A DNA stretch of 64,000 nucleotides from Obrimoposthia wandeli (lineage: Eukaryota), in NCBI GenBank assembly GCA_977020255.1, contig CDROCS010000253.1, positions 1,364,001 to 1,428,000 of the forward strand, in the 5' to 3' direction. How positions within the stretch are numbered: position 1 is the stretch's first letter; every line of letters starts with the position of its first letter. Position numbers and translations under genes: made by a program. Below are positions 42,364 through 51,277 of the stretch, piece after piece. A model generated the notes under the pieces. That model saw only the letters and a program-made list of their open reading frames with translations. It did no database searches and had not been told where the DNA came from.

Positions 42364-42376
42364 AAAAAGTAATGCT

Positions 42377-42416
42377 GTCATTCCGGTTTATTACTTATAC
42401 CTTAGGCCGGAATCCA
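42377..42416. repeat. Degenerate CGTC-type REP-like palindrome
   Basis: GTCATTCCGG...GGCCGGAATCCA ends. Confidence 0.5.
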
Positions 42417-42433
42417 TTTTGGACAGTGATAGA

Positions 42434-42743
42434 TATACCCGTTACCATTCAAGATGCAGGTTTCAGAGTACTTGAGCAATTTCATTTCAAGGCGCTATGA
42501 TGAAATAATGGTTGTTCAGGAGAATATGCTCCTGCATTCTCTAATAAGCTACATCCATGTAGCGTCATTTAAGTCATAGCAACGATGAAGTGATGTTGCT
42601 CAAGCGCTTCTTTGATGGGTTTAAAATCACTTTATACTGCGTTAAATAATCAAACCATAGAATGACTATGCTTAAATTATTTACCTTGCCTAAAGTGGTT
42701 TTAATTCCCACTGAAATCCTGCACTTTGATTGGTAACGGGTAT
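42434..42743 (+). mobile_element. Complete ERIC-like MITE, subfamily B, carrying the nested 51-bp module (42515-42565)
   Basis: TIRs TATACCCGTTACCATTCAAGATGCAGG and CCTGCACTTTGATTGGTAACGGGTAT. Confidence 0.85.
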
Positions 42744-42821
42744 GAATACAATGAATTGCCAGTTAGTTTACTCAAGAAAGGTCTTGGTATGGCGGTGAGA
42801 TACATGACAAGTGCGAAGCTC

Positions 42822-43709
42822 TTATAACGACTGCTCAAGTAGTCGTGTAAGACGTTGCGCGGCTTTTAATAGCTGTTGTTCCATTACCGGTAAATAATGT
42901 AGGGCATAATCATTGCTCAGTTTTATTTTCCCTTCAGGTCGCAAGCACACGTTTTGACTCGTTAGCTGACAATATTGAAAACTTGGCTGGCGTACTAGTT
43001 GATAAGATTCATTAGCCCATTGCCACACTTGCTTGGTCTGATAAGGCGGCGTATAGCTTTTATGCCATTGCTGATTTAACTGTGTCAACCACTGCTTTTT
43101 AGAGCGCTTTGCTGCTTTGATCAAACAGGTATCCCAATACCAATGCAGATTGTTGCAACGACCTTGCTTGTTAGTAAATTTAATGTGATTACCGCCTAAG
43201 TCGCTGGCGTAACTTACATGTAGAGGTTGATGCAGATCGCCCAACCAGTGACCTAAAAATAATAATGCTTGTGCTGATTGCCATGACCTTGGTGAGGACT
43301 TTAGTTGTTGTTGATGCGTGATAATAGCTTGAGGCAAGCAGTTTTGGGTACATGTTGGTTTAGTTATTCGTGCTAAATCACGCGGCACATTGAGGTAATG
43401 CCAATTTTTATATGGTGTAAATTCAGGATGTTTTTTCTGATGTTTCTTAATGGCATCAGCCCAGGTACAAGCGGTAGCAAAAGTTAGCGGGGAATTTTTT
43501 TTAAGGCGATTATAATGATTAATAATCGTTTTTTGCTCTCTAGGAACAGCGTTCAATAGTTGTGTAATACGTTGTTGTTTTGCTAAAGGTAGATGATTAA
43601 AAGCAAGCTGACAAACAATTTTATGACCGAACTTTGCCAGGGCAAAGCTCGGTTGGCTAAAGAGTATAATGCCGCCAACGAATAACGACCAGAGCAGTTG
43701 TTTCAACAT
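42822..43709 (-). CDS. Secreted S1/P1 family nuclease
   Basis: Signal peptide; GH, WADAIK, WHY, GDLHQPLH, LHWYWD zinc motifs. Confidence 0.92.
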   Translation of the reverse strand: MLKQLLWSLFVGGIILFSQPSFALAKFGHKIVCQLAFNHLPLAKQQRITQLLNAVPREQKTIINHYNRLKKNSPLTFATACTWADAIKKHQKKHPEFTPYKNWHYLNVPRDLARITKPTCTQNCLPQAIITHQQQLKSSPRSWQSAQALLFLGHWLGDLHQPLHVSYASDLGGNHIKFTNKQGRCNNLHWYWDTCLIKAAKRSKKQWLTQLNQQWHKSYTPPYQTKQVWQWANESYQLVRQPSFQYCQLTSQNVCLRPEGKIKLSNDYALHYLPVMEQQLLKAAQRLTRLLEQSL

Positions 43710-43722
43710 GGCGATTTAAATA

Positions 43723-44199
43723 CTAATCGACAAAAATCTGCATTTCTTCACCAATTTGTTTACGCATCTCCATCAGTTTTACTGCACAAGCATGTTGCTT
43801 CTTATCCGCTTCTGTTTCTGGTTTCCATTGTGGAACACGTTCAGATTGACCATTTTGATCAACAGCGACCATGATAACAATACAGTGCGTAGTTAAACGT
43901 CGGTTTAATGATTTAGGATCGCAGGCGTTAACCTCTAGGGCAATATGTATTGAAGAATTTCCGGTATAAATAACTTTGGCTTCTACCTCAACTAAGCTGC
44001 CTACATGAATAGGCGCAACAAAACGAATTCCACCGGCATAGGCGGTAACACAGTAACGACCACTCCAACCTGCAGCGCAGGCGTAAGCTGCTAAATCTAT
44101 CCATTTCATCACAGCACCACCATGCACTTTACCGCCAAAATTTACATCTTGTGGTTCGGCTAAAAATCGTAAAGTAATGTCGCGTTGTGGTGCATTCAT
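43723..44199 (-). CDS. Hotdog-fold acyl-CoA thioesterase
   Basis: DVNFGGKVHGGAVMKWID. Confidence 0.92.
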   Translation of the reverse strand: MNAPQRDITLRFLAEPQDVNFGGKVHGGAVMKWIDLAAYACAAGWSGRYCVTAYAGGIRFVAPIHVGSLVEVEAKVIYTGNSSIHIALEVNACDPKSLNRRLTTHCIVIMVAVDQNGQSERVPQWKPETEADKKQHACAVKLMEMRKQIGEEMQIFVD

Positions 44200-44583
44200 G
44201 AGTGTGCTCTTTATCGTTAATGAGTTTAATTTTGGGGGATCTTAGGAAGATTGCTCAAAATATAGTGTTAACTGTTAATTAGCAAATAATATCTATTAGT
44301 AATTTTGACAAGGTGGATATATCTATATGTTTTTACTTTTTAAGTTCTTGATAATGTTTAGTATTTAATATTGATTATATTTGTACATTAGTTCAGTTTT
44401 TATGGGTTTTTTATTCACTATCTCAAGAACGTATTGCACCGCTATATAAGTGCCTTACCCTAGATGCTTTATCATCAAACACGACCTTTGCTGGTTTTAT
44501 AATGCTTGCTCATCAGGGTTTGTTCGTGAAAACGATAACTTATTTACAAATAACTACTTTACAGAATACAATAAAACAAATAG

Positions 44584-44602
44584 AATGAGAATCATTATCA
44601 TT
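44584..44602. promoter_or_regulatory. Fur box
   Basis: AATGAGAATCATTATCATT, one mismatch to AATGATAATNATTATCATT, 14 nt before the ATG at 44617. Confidence 0.85.
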
Positions 44603-44616
44603 TAAAGTGGTGGTTT

Positions 44617-45045
44617 ATGGAAGTTTGGCAATTGCTGTTATTAAAAGGTAACGATAGTTTTAACAAACTAGCGTTGCCATTAGCTGAAGAATATTATCAT
44701 CAAGCCATTGAGTGCCTAGAGCAAGAGTGGCATGCCGATATTGAAAATAATAATTTACTCATGGCATGGATCAGTGCTTTTCATAACTTAGCAGTTTTGT
44801 ATGAAGAACAAGGTAACCCAAAAATGGCTTTTCGGTATTTACAAATACCACATCAACGTATGGCTGAATTATCAAAGCAGTCTCAATACAGTGATGATCT
44901 AAAGTTTGTTGCGTTACGTACATTAAAAATAACGTTAATGCCCTTACTTGCTTTTAGTAAAAAATACCCCGCGTGTGATGGCTGTTTGTCATCGTTAAAA
45001 AAAATGGAAATAGCCGTTAATGCGAGTCAACCGGTAATGCATTAG
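44617..45045 (+). CDS. TPR-like helical hypothetical protein (DUF2753-like)
   Basis: W..LL.KGN, YY.QAI, HNLA.LY..QG pattern. Confidence 0.65.
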   Translation: MEVWQLLLLKGNDSFNKLALPLAEEYYHQAIECLEQEWHADIENNNLLMAWISAFHNLAVLYEEQGNPKMAFRYLQIPHQRMAELSKQSQYSDDLKFVALRTLKITLMPLLAFSKKYPACDGCLSSLKKMEIAVNASQPVMH

Positions 45046-45068
45046 GTTACTTATTTTAGGATATTATA

Positions 45069-45251
45069 ATGAAAAAAATTATTGTTATTTTTGCTGGCTT
45101 GGCATTATTACTAAGTAACCCATTGTTTGCACACCCAGGACATGATCATAGTGCTACTGACTCAGGTTTGGTGCACTTACTTTGGTTAGTGCCTGTTATT
45201 GTTGCCGCTGTTGTTGTGGTTTTTAAAGAAATTACTGCCCCAAAAAGGTGA
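45069..45251 (+). CDS. 60-aa membrane microprotein with an HPGHDH mature N-terminus
   Basis: Signal peptide ending PLFA, then HPGHDH, then one TM helix; AGGA RBS. Confidence 0.75.
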   Translation: MKKIIVIFAGLALLLSNPLFAHPGHDHSATDSGLVHLLWLVPVIVAAVVVVFKEITAPKR

Positions 45252-45274
45252 GCAGGTAAAGTAGAAAGGAGATC

Positions 45275-45781
45275 ATGATGCTGTACAGTATTCTTGCTAA
45301 ATTAGACAAAACACTTCACTTTCCAGTAGTTATGGCGCATTGCGACATTCCTTGCAAAATTTATGATCCTATTAGTGCACAAATTTCCGCACTGACCATC
45401 ATTCGTATGGTGGATTTACTCAATGAATTAAAAGCTAAAGCATCACTTACTTTAGATGAACAAGCGCAGTTTTTACGACTGGTAAATCAAAAAGAGATTC
45501 ATGGCATAAAAGTTAAAGAAGAAATAAGCATAATCTGGGGTGATTACATTAAAGCGCCACAATTAACACAATACCCAGAATTGCATGAACTAGTGCACAA
45601 TATCATGTTAGCTAGTTCACAAACAAAGCAGCATATTAGTAGGGATGCTGCGCTGACATTACTACAGCAAGTAAATCGTTTTGCGGAAATATTTTGGTCA
45701 ACTAAGCAAGTCACTACGTTTACTGCTATTTGTCCTTATCCGCCGGCAGAAACCTTGGTTTATCCTAAGCTGCAGGCTTAG
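45275..45781 (+). CDS. sodN: Nickel superoxide dismutase precursor
   Basis: Ni-hook HCDIPCKIYDP after a 21-aa leader. Confidence 0.96.
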   Translation: MMLYSILAKLDKTLHFPVVMAHCDIPCKIYDPISAQISALTIIRMVDLLNELKAKASLTLDEQAQFLRLVNQKEIHGIKVKEEISIIWGDYIKAPQLTQYPELHELVHNIMLASSQTKQHISRDAALTLLQQVNRFAEIFWSTKQVTTFTAICPYPPAETLVYPKLQA

Positions 45782-45807
45782 CTATATATAAATTTTGAGA
45801 GTAAATT

Positions 45808-46104
45808 ATGTTTGGTTTTCATTTTTGTAAAGTGATGGGGGTGAGTATGTCACCTCGTATACCTGAAAATAGCTATGTTTTTGTTGTGCCTTGGCTGAAG
45901 ATATTTAACTTAAAAGAGGGTTGTTTACTTAAGGTATTTCACCCTCGCTATGGCTATATTGTTAAGTCATTAGCGCAAGTGGATAGAAATGGCTTGTTTT
46001 GGCTTAAAGGCCATCATAAAACCAGTTTGCCTATTGAGAAGCTAGGCCCTGTGGGCAAATCACAGATACAAGGAAAGGTGTTGTGGGTATTTCCACCTAA
46101 ATAG
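45808..46104 (+). CDS. sodX: Ni-SOD maturation protease (S26-like)
   Basis: V.G.SM.P, IVKS, W..G motifs; immediately downstream of sodN. Confidence 0.9.
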   Translation: MFGFHFCKVMGVSMSPRIPENSYVFVVPWLKIFNLKEGCLLKVFHPRYGYIVKSLAQVDRNGLFWLKGHHKTSLPIEKLGPVGKSQIQGKVLWVFPPK

Positions 46105-46182
46105 GTGATAGACTTCGTTAGGATAAGTTTAGGGAATATAGCAAGCAACTTCGCTGCTAAGACTATAAACCCTATAGCGTCA

Positions 46183-46740
46183 TTATAGGAAGCTTAAACC
46201 CTGTTTTAACAATGAAGATGCTTCTTTATAACCACTTTTGTCTAAATAACCGCTGAAGCTATTGATTAGACCGGGCACTTGTTCACTAGAAACACCCAAT
46301 TTTTCAAAGGCTGAATTTAAGTAATCCATACTCTCTGCTTTTTTACCCGCTTCGCCGGCACTTGAAAATAAAGAACTCATTGACGATTTTGTTACTTTTG
46401 GCGCTTTATCTAAATAGCTTTGTAAATCAGGTACCGCTGTGCTGATGAGAGAAAAGTTTTCTGGGGATAAATTATCTTGCGCTACTTTAAGGAGTGAGCC
46501 AAAACTGGCTGCAACAGTCCCTTCCGATAAATTTAACTGTTTCGCGGCATATTCGATCATAGCGCTTGTTTCTAATGGTACACCTATATCTTTAGCGGCC
46601 GTTTTAAGCTGCTCAGATGAAGATTTAGTAATGGTGTCTAAGTCGATGGCACTGGCTGTGAATGAGGTTAAGCCAGCTAAACTAATAAGTGCAACTGAGG
46701 CTGATAGGCATATAATTGATAATTTCACGATTAACTCCAT
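46183..46740 (-). CDS. DUF2780-like secreted protein
   Basis: Signal peptide; L...L......G.LL..AQ..LSPENFS.I..AVP pattern. Confidence 0.7.
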   Translation of the reverse strand: MELIVKLSIICLSASVALISLAGLTSFTASAIDLDTITKSSSEQLKTAAKDIGVPLETSAMIEYAAKQLNLSEGTVAASFGSLLKVAQDNLSPENFSLISTAVPDLQSYLDKAPKVTKSSMSSLFSSAGEAGKKAESMDYLNSAFEKLGVSSEQVPGLINSFSGYLDKSGYKEASSLLKQGLSFL

Positions 46741-46828
46741 GTTAAAATTTTGTAATAGATTACTTTAACATGCTTACTGAAAAAATTTACAGGAATTGTT
46801 TATTGAAAGTATATAGCGTTGCACAAAT

Positions 46829-47005
46829 AAAAAGGCCCTTCTCGAAGAGAAAGGCCTGAAATGCTCGCATATTGGTCTTGTTACCAAGCTTCTTATTATT
46901 AATTTTTTGTAGCTACTGTTTTTATTATTTTTAGTTTGAGCTACTTTTGTTTTCTTTCTGTCTTTGTTTTTATTTTTTGTTTTTATTATTGTTTTTCTTT
47001 AGCGC
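46829..47005 (-). ncRNA. Candidate A-rich sRNA (~177 nt) with AAnAAnAA repeats
   Basis: TTGCGA-17-TATAAA promoter, no ORF, A-rich body, GGCCTTTCTC/GAGAAGGGCC-T5 terminator. Confidence 0.7.
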
Positions 47006-47011
47006 AGGCAT

Positions 47012-47040
47012 TTTATACCAAAGCCTTTTTACCATCGCAA
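47012..47040 (-). promoter_or_regulatory. sigma70 promoter of the candidate sRNA
   Basis: -35 TTGCGA (47040-47035), 17-nt spacer, extended -10 TG-n-TATAAA (47017-47012). Confidence 0.7.
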
Positions 47041-47419
47041 CAACTTTAGTAGAGCATAAACTCGACGACATCTTTCGTAGTAGGCTTGTTTAACAAGCAT
47101 AAACGGCTAACCTATTGATTCAAAGTTCATTGGTAAAAATCAAGTATAAATTAGCGTCTTAAAAAAAAAGTTATATAAATTGAATTTTTATATTTTGGTG
47201 ACGTTTTATTGTTGATTCAACGACATTTTATTTTTCAGGAGTGTTGATTTAGCGCATAGATCAAAAGGCTGGTCGATGCTAAACTGCGCAGCATAAAAAC
47301 CATTGGCGAGATGCTTTTAAACAACCGCCGCTCAAGAACTAAATTAAATGAGTCATGGGGCGTTATTACGAACAAGTAATTTTGCAAACTGACTACAAAG
47401 TAAAAAACAAGAGGAACTA

Positions 47420-48490
47420 TTGGTGACAGAATTAAAAAATGATACCTATTTACGTGCGCTATTAAAGCAACCAGTAGATTACACGCCGGTATGGATGATG
47501 CGCCAAGCGGGTCGTTATTTACCTGAGTATCGTGCGGTACGTAAAGAAGCCGGTGACTTTATGTCGGTATGTAAAAATGCTGAACTGGCTTGTGAAGTAA
47601 CAATTCAACCACTACGTCGTTTCCCATTAGATGCTGCCATTTTGTTTAGTGATATTTTAACTATTCCCGATGCAATGGGCTTAGGTTTATATTTTGAAAC
47701 AGGTGAGGGACCAAAATTTGAACGTCCTATTACCTGTAAAGCTGATGTTGATAAAATTGCCGTACCTGATCCAGAAGATGAATTAGGTTATGTAATGAAT
47801 GCCGTGCGTACTATTCGCAAAGAACTCAAAGGCGAAGTACCGCTTATTGGTTTTTCAGGTAGCCCATGGACATTAGCAACCTACATGATTGAAGGTGGTA
47901 GCTCTAAAGCTTTCACTAAAATCAAAAAAATGATGTTTGCTGAACCACAAACCTTACATTTATTACTTGATAAGTTAGCTGACTCAGTAATTAGTTATTT
48001 AAATGCCCAAATTGCTGCAGGCGCACAATCAGTGATGGTATTTGATACTTGGGGCGGCGTATTATCACCACGTGATTACAATGAATTCTCACTACAATAT
48101 ATGGCGAAAATTGTTGATGGTTTAACGCGTCATAATGAAGGCCGTAAAGTACCAGTGACATTATTCACTAAAAATGCGGGTATGTGGTTAGAGTCTATCG
48201 CGGCAACAGGTTGTGATGCAGTTGGTTTAGATTGGACCATTGATATTGAAAACGCCAAAGCACGCATTGGTGATAAAGTTGCGTTACAAGGTAATATGGA
48301 CCCATCCATGTTATATGCACCATTGCCACGTATTGAACAAGAAGTTTCAAAAATACTAGCAGGTTTTGGTGAAGGCGGTACAGGTCATGTATTCAACTTA
48401 GGTCATGGTATTCACCCAGATGTGAACCCTGATCATGCAGGTCATTTCATTGAATCAGTACACCGTTTAAGCAAGCCTTATCATAAATAA
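47420..48490 (+). CDS. hemE: Uroporphyrinogen decarboxylase
   Basis: [29 protein letters not shown]. Confidence 0.99.
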   Translation: MVTELKNDTYLRALLKQPVDYTPVWMMRQAGRYLPEYRAVRKEAGDFMSVCKNAELACEVTIQPLRRFPLDAAILFSDILTIPDAMGLGLYFETGEGPKFERPITCKADVDKIAVPDPEDELGYVMNAVRTIRKELKGEVPLIGFSGSPWTLATYMIEGGSSKAFTKIKKMMFAEPQTLHLLLDKLADSVISYLNAQIAAGAQSVMVFDTWGGVLSPRDYNEFSLQYMAKIVDGLTRHNEGRKVPVTLFTKNAGMWLESIAATGCDAVGLDWTIDIENAKARIGDKVALQGNMDPSMLYAPLPRIEQEVSKILAGFGEGGTGHVFNLGHGIHPDVNPDHAGHFIESVHRLSKPYHK

Positions 48491-48497
48491 GATGCTT

Positions 48498-48718
48498 TAC
48501 ACCCAAACCACATGAAGATGCAGGTTTCAGCTGGCATTAGAAACGCCTTTAGGCAAGGCATTGATTGAAGAGAATAGTTATTCAGGAGAATATGCTCCTG
48601 CATTCTCTAATAAGCTACATCCATGTAGCGTTATTGTCGAAATCAATAACGTAGCATAAAGCGTTTCTAAACCAGCCCTATGCCCGTGAAACACACAGCT
48701 TCAAGTGGTTTGGGTATA
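48498..48718 (+). mobile_element. Complete ERIC-like MITE, subfamily A, carrying the nested 51-bp module (48581-48631)
   Basis: TIRs TACACCCAAACCACATGAAG and CTTCAAGTGGTTTGGGTATA; core matches the 33485 copy. Confidence 0.88.
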
Positions 48719-48761
48719 GTTATCGCTGTAATATAAACCTAGCGATAGTTTAAGACTCAAG

Positions 48762-48808
48762 CCGCTGTTAACTTGCTTTATCCTAAGTAAGTTAACAGCG
48801 GATTTTTT
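48762..48808 (+). terminator. Terminator downstream of hemE and the MITE
   Basis: CCGCTGTTAACTT/AAGTTAACAGCGG stem plus T6. Confidence 0.8.
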
Positions 48809-49108
48809 ATTAACCCCATTTATCTAAATTTAGCCAATACTTTTACAAAACCGCTTTGTGTTTATGAGCTTTTACCTCCCAAGCCAGTTTTTTCTAAATT
48901 TATATTGATAGACATACTCTGTTACATTGTTATAACTATTAATATGTAAAAATAGTTATTTAATTATCAGTAGTTTATCTACTTTTCTTAATTAGTAATA
49001 CATTGTGGTTCGTCAGTTATCTAAAATTAATGACACGCCGTACTTGTGTTTTGGTGTGCTGGTGATGTATAACACTATTATCTTTTGGTATTATTCAAGG
49101 AATAGGGC

Positions 49109-49468
49109 ATGACACCTCAATGGGATCCAGAAAAACCAATTTACCTACAACTGTATCAGCAAGTTATCACTCGTATATTAGATGGTTATATAAAAGAAGG
49201 CGAAGCTTTACCTTCTGTTAGAAAAGTAGCCGCTGAGTATCAGCTTAACCCCATTACTATTTCAAAGGCATATCAGATGTTACAGGACGAAAAAGTTGTA
49301 GAGAAACAACGTGGTAAAGGTTTATTTGTTATGCCAGGTGCACAAGTTTTGATGTTAGACAGAGAGCGTGAAAATTTTTTGTCGCACCAGTGGCCTGCAG
49401 TATTAAAGCAGATTAGCCGACTTAAACTTTCGCCAGAACAATTATTAACTAGCCGTGTGGAGGGTTAA
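49109..49468 (+). CDS. GntR family regulator, YtrA subfamily
   Basis: PIYLQL, LPSVRKVA, NPITISKAYQ, RGKGLFV; short C-terminus; precedes ABC genes. Confidence 0.92.
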   Translation: MTPQWDPEKPIYLQLYQQVITRILDGYIKEGEALPSVRKVAAEYQLNPITISKAYQMLQDEKVVEKQRGKGLFVMPGAQVLMLDRERENFLSHQWPAVLKQISRLKLSPEQLLTSRVEG

Positions 49469-49470
49469 TT

Positions 49471-50328
49471 ATGAGCGCATTAATTTCAGTAAATAATGTC
49501 AGTAAATCATTTGGTAAAAAGCAGGTGCTTTCGTCGGTGAACTTCACGGTTAACGCAGGACAAATTGTTGGCTTAGTTGGCCCTAACGGCGCAGGTAAAA
49601 CGACCTGTTTGCAAGCTATATTAGGCTTGACTGATTTTGAAGGTGATATCAGCGTACTCGGGCATCACCCAAGAAAAGATCGCGTTAATATGTTAAATGA
49701 TGTCGCTTATATTGCTGATGTGGCGATTTTGCCTCGATGGCTAAAAGTTTCGCAAGCATTAAGCTATATGCAAGATATTCATAAGAATTTTAAGCTAGAA
49801 AAAGCTGAAGCTTTTTTAGCAAAAACCAATATTGCCTTAACCGATAAAGTTAAAGCGTTATCTAAAGGTATGGTTGCTCAACTGCATTTAGCACTTATTC
49901 TAGCCATTGATGCCAAGGTATTGATTTTAGATGAACCCACTTTAGGTTTAGATATTCTGACCCGTCGCCAGTTTTATAATCATTTATTGGAAGACTTCTA
50001 TAACGAAGAGAAATGTATTGTTGTTACCACGCATCAAATTGAAGAGATTGAACACATATTAACTGACGTTGCTTTTATTCAGCAAGGTCAAATTGTATTG
50101 GCACAAAGTACCGATGAGATAAAGAAACGCTTTAATTTAGTCGCGGTAGCCAATGAACAATTACCACAAGCGGATGAACTGAAGCCGTTATTTAAAAATA
50201 GCATGATGGGATTAACAACCATGTTATTTGATAATCAAGATAAAGAGATATTACAAAGTTTAGGTCAAGTATCAGTGCCGAGTTTAGCTGATGTTTTTGT
50301 TGGTGTGATGAATAAGGAGACTTGCTAA
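49471..50328 (+). CDS. ABC transporter ATP-binding protein
   Basis: GPNGAGKTT, LSKGM, LILDEPT. Confidence 0.95.
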   Translation: MSALISVNNVSKSFGKKQVLSSVNFTVNAGQIVGLVGPNGAGKTTCLQAILGLTDFEGDISVLGHHPRKDRVNMLNDVAYIADVAILPRWLKVSQALSYMQDIHKNFKLEKAEAFLAKTNIALTDKVKALSKGMVAQLHLALILAIDAKVLILDEPTLGLDILTRRQFYNHLLEDFYNEEKCIVVTTHQIEEIEHILTDVAFIQQGQIVLAQSTDEIKKRFNLVAVANEQLPQADELKPLFKNSMMGLTTMLFDNQDKEILQSLGQVSVPSLADVFVGVMNKETC

Positions 50329-51233
50329 TGAATACAACAATAATGAAAGCCTCAATTAAAAAAGAGTTATGGGAATTTAATGGCATGTTGACTTGGGTGC
50401 CAGTGACCTTAGCCAGTGTTTTTATACTAATTCCATTACTTATTTTTATTTTAAATGGCGTTGATATGCAAGCGTTGATGGTAGGGCTTGAGAATTTAAC
50501 TCAATTTCAATCATCTGATCGTTTAAGTGAAGTGTTCTTTGTTTCTGCCATTGCACTGTTTAGCCCTTTTATTGCGATAGGTTTTATTGTGCAAGTCTAT
50601 TATTTTGTCACGTGTTTGTTTGATGAACGACGTGACCAATCGGTAATGTTTTGGCGCTCGTTGCCCGTGTCGGATAAAATGACGATTGCCAGTAAAGTGT
50701 TAACAGGTGCTATTGTCATTCCAGTGATATTTTTTACAGTGGCGACACTGCTAATGTTACTTATACTGGTATTGGCCGTTGTTGCTTGTGCCATTTTATC
50801 TATTGGTTTTGATATCTCGTTATGGGGCATGCTTGCCGGTGCTAACATAATAAGTGGTGTAGGTTATATTTGGCTAACACTCGTGCCTATCGCTATTTGG
50901 TTATTACCTTTGTATAGCTGGTTAATGTTGGCATCCATTTATGCGAATAAAGCACCCTTTTTATGGGCGGTGTTACCTATAGTTGCGTTACTAGTTATTG
51001 AGACTATTGTGGTTCACTATTTACACTTGTCACAACCCTTCTTTGGGTATTTCCTGATGGATTATTTCTCTATGACTCCAGAACATCTTGTTGAAGTTTC
51101 AGTAGAGCAAGAGAAATCACGTTCAGCGGCATTACTGATGTTAATTTCTCAAATTGACTATCGAACCGTATTGGTTTCTGCGGGATTATTATTGACCACT
51201 TATTGGTTTAGAGTGAATAAGCAAGAGTCATAA
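50328..51233 (+). CDS. ABC-2-type permease
   Basis: About six TM segments, DERRDQSVMFWRSLPVSD motif; TAATG stop/start coupling. Confidence 0.88.
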   Translation: MNTTIMKASIKKELWEFNGMLTWVPVTLASVFILIPLLIFILNGVDMQALMVGLENLTQFQSSDRLSEVFFVSAIALFSPFIAIGFIVQVYYFVTCLFDERRDQSVMFWRSLPVSDKMTIASKVLTGAIVIPVIFFTVATLLMLLILVLAVVACAILSIGFDISLWGMLAGANIISGVGYIWLTLVPIAIWLLPLYSWLMLASIYANKAPFLWAVLPIVALLVIETIVVHYLHLSQPFFGYFLMDYFSMTPEHLVEVSVEQEKSRSAALLMLISQIDYRTVLVSAGLLLTTYWFRVNKQES

Positions 51234-51277
51234 CTATCAAATACCAATATACTCGTTACCCTGTATATTGGCATTTT

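Noticed and set aside
46891-47000. A/T-rich tract as a CsrB/RsmZ-type RNA or as low-complexity noise
   Set aside because: No GGA repeats, so not Csr-type; it is bracketed by a well-spaced promoter and terminator, so kept as an sRNA candidate rather than noise
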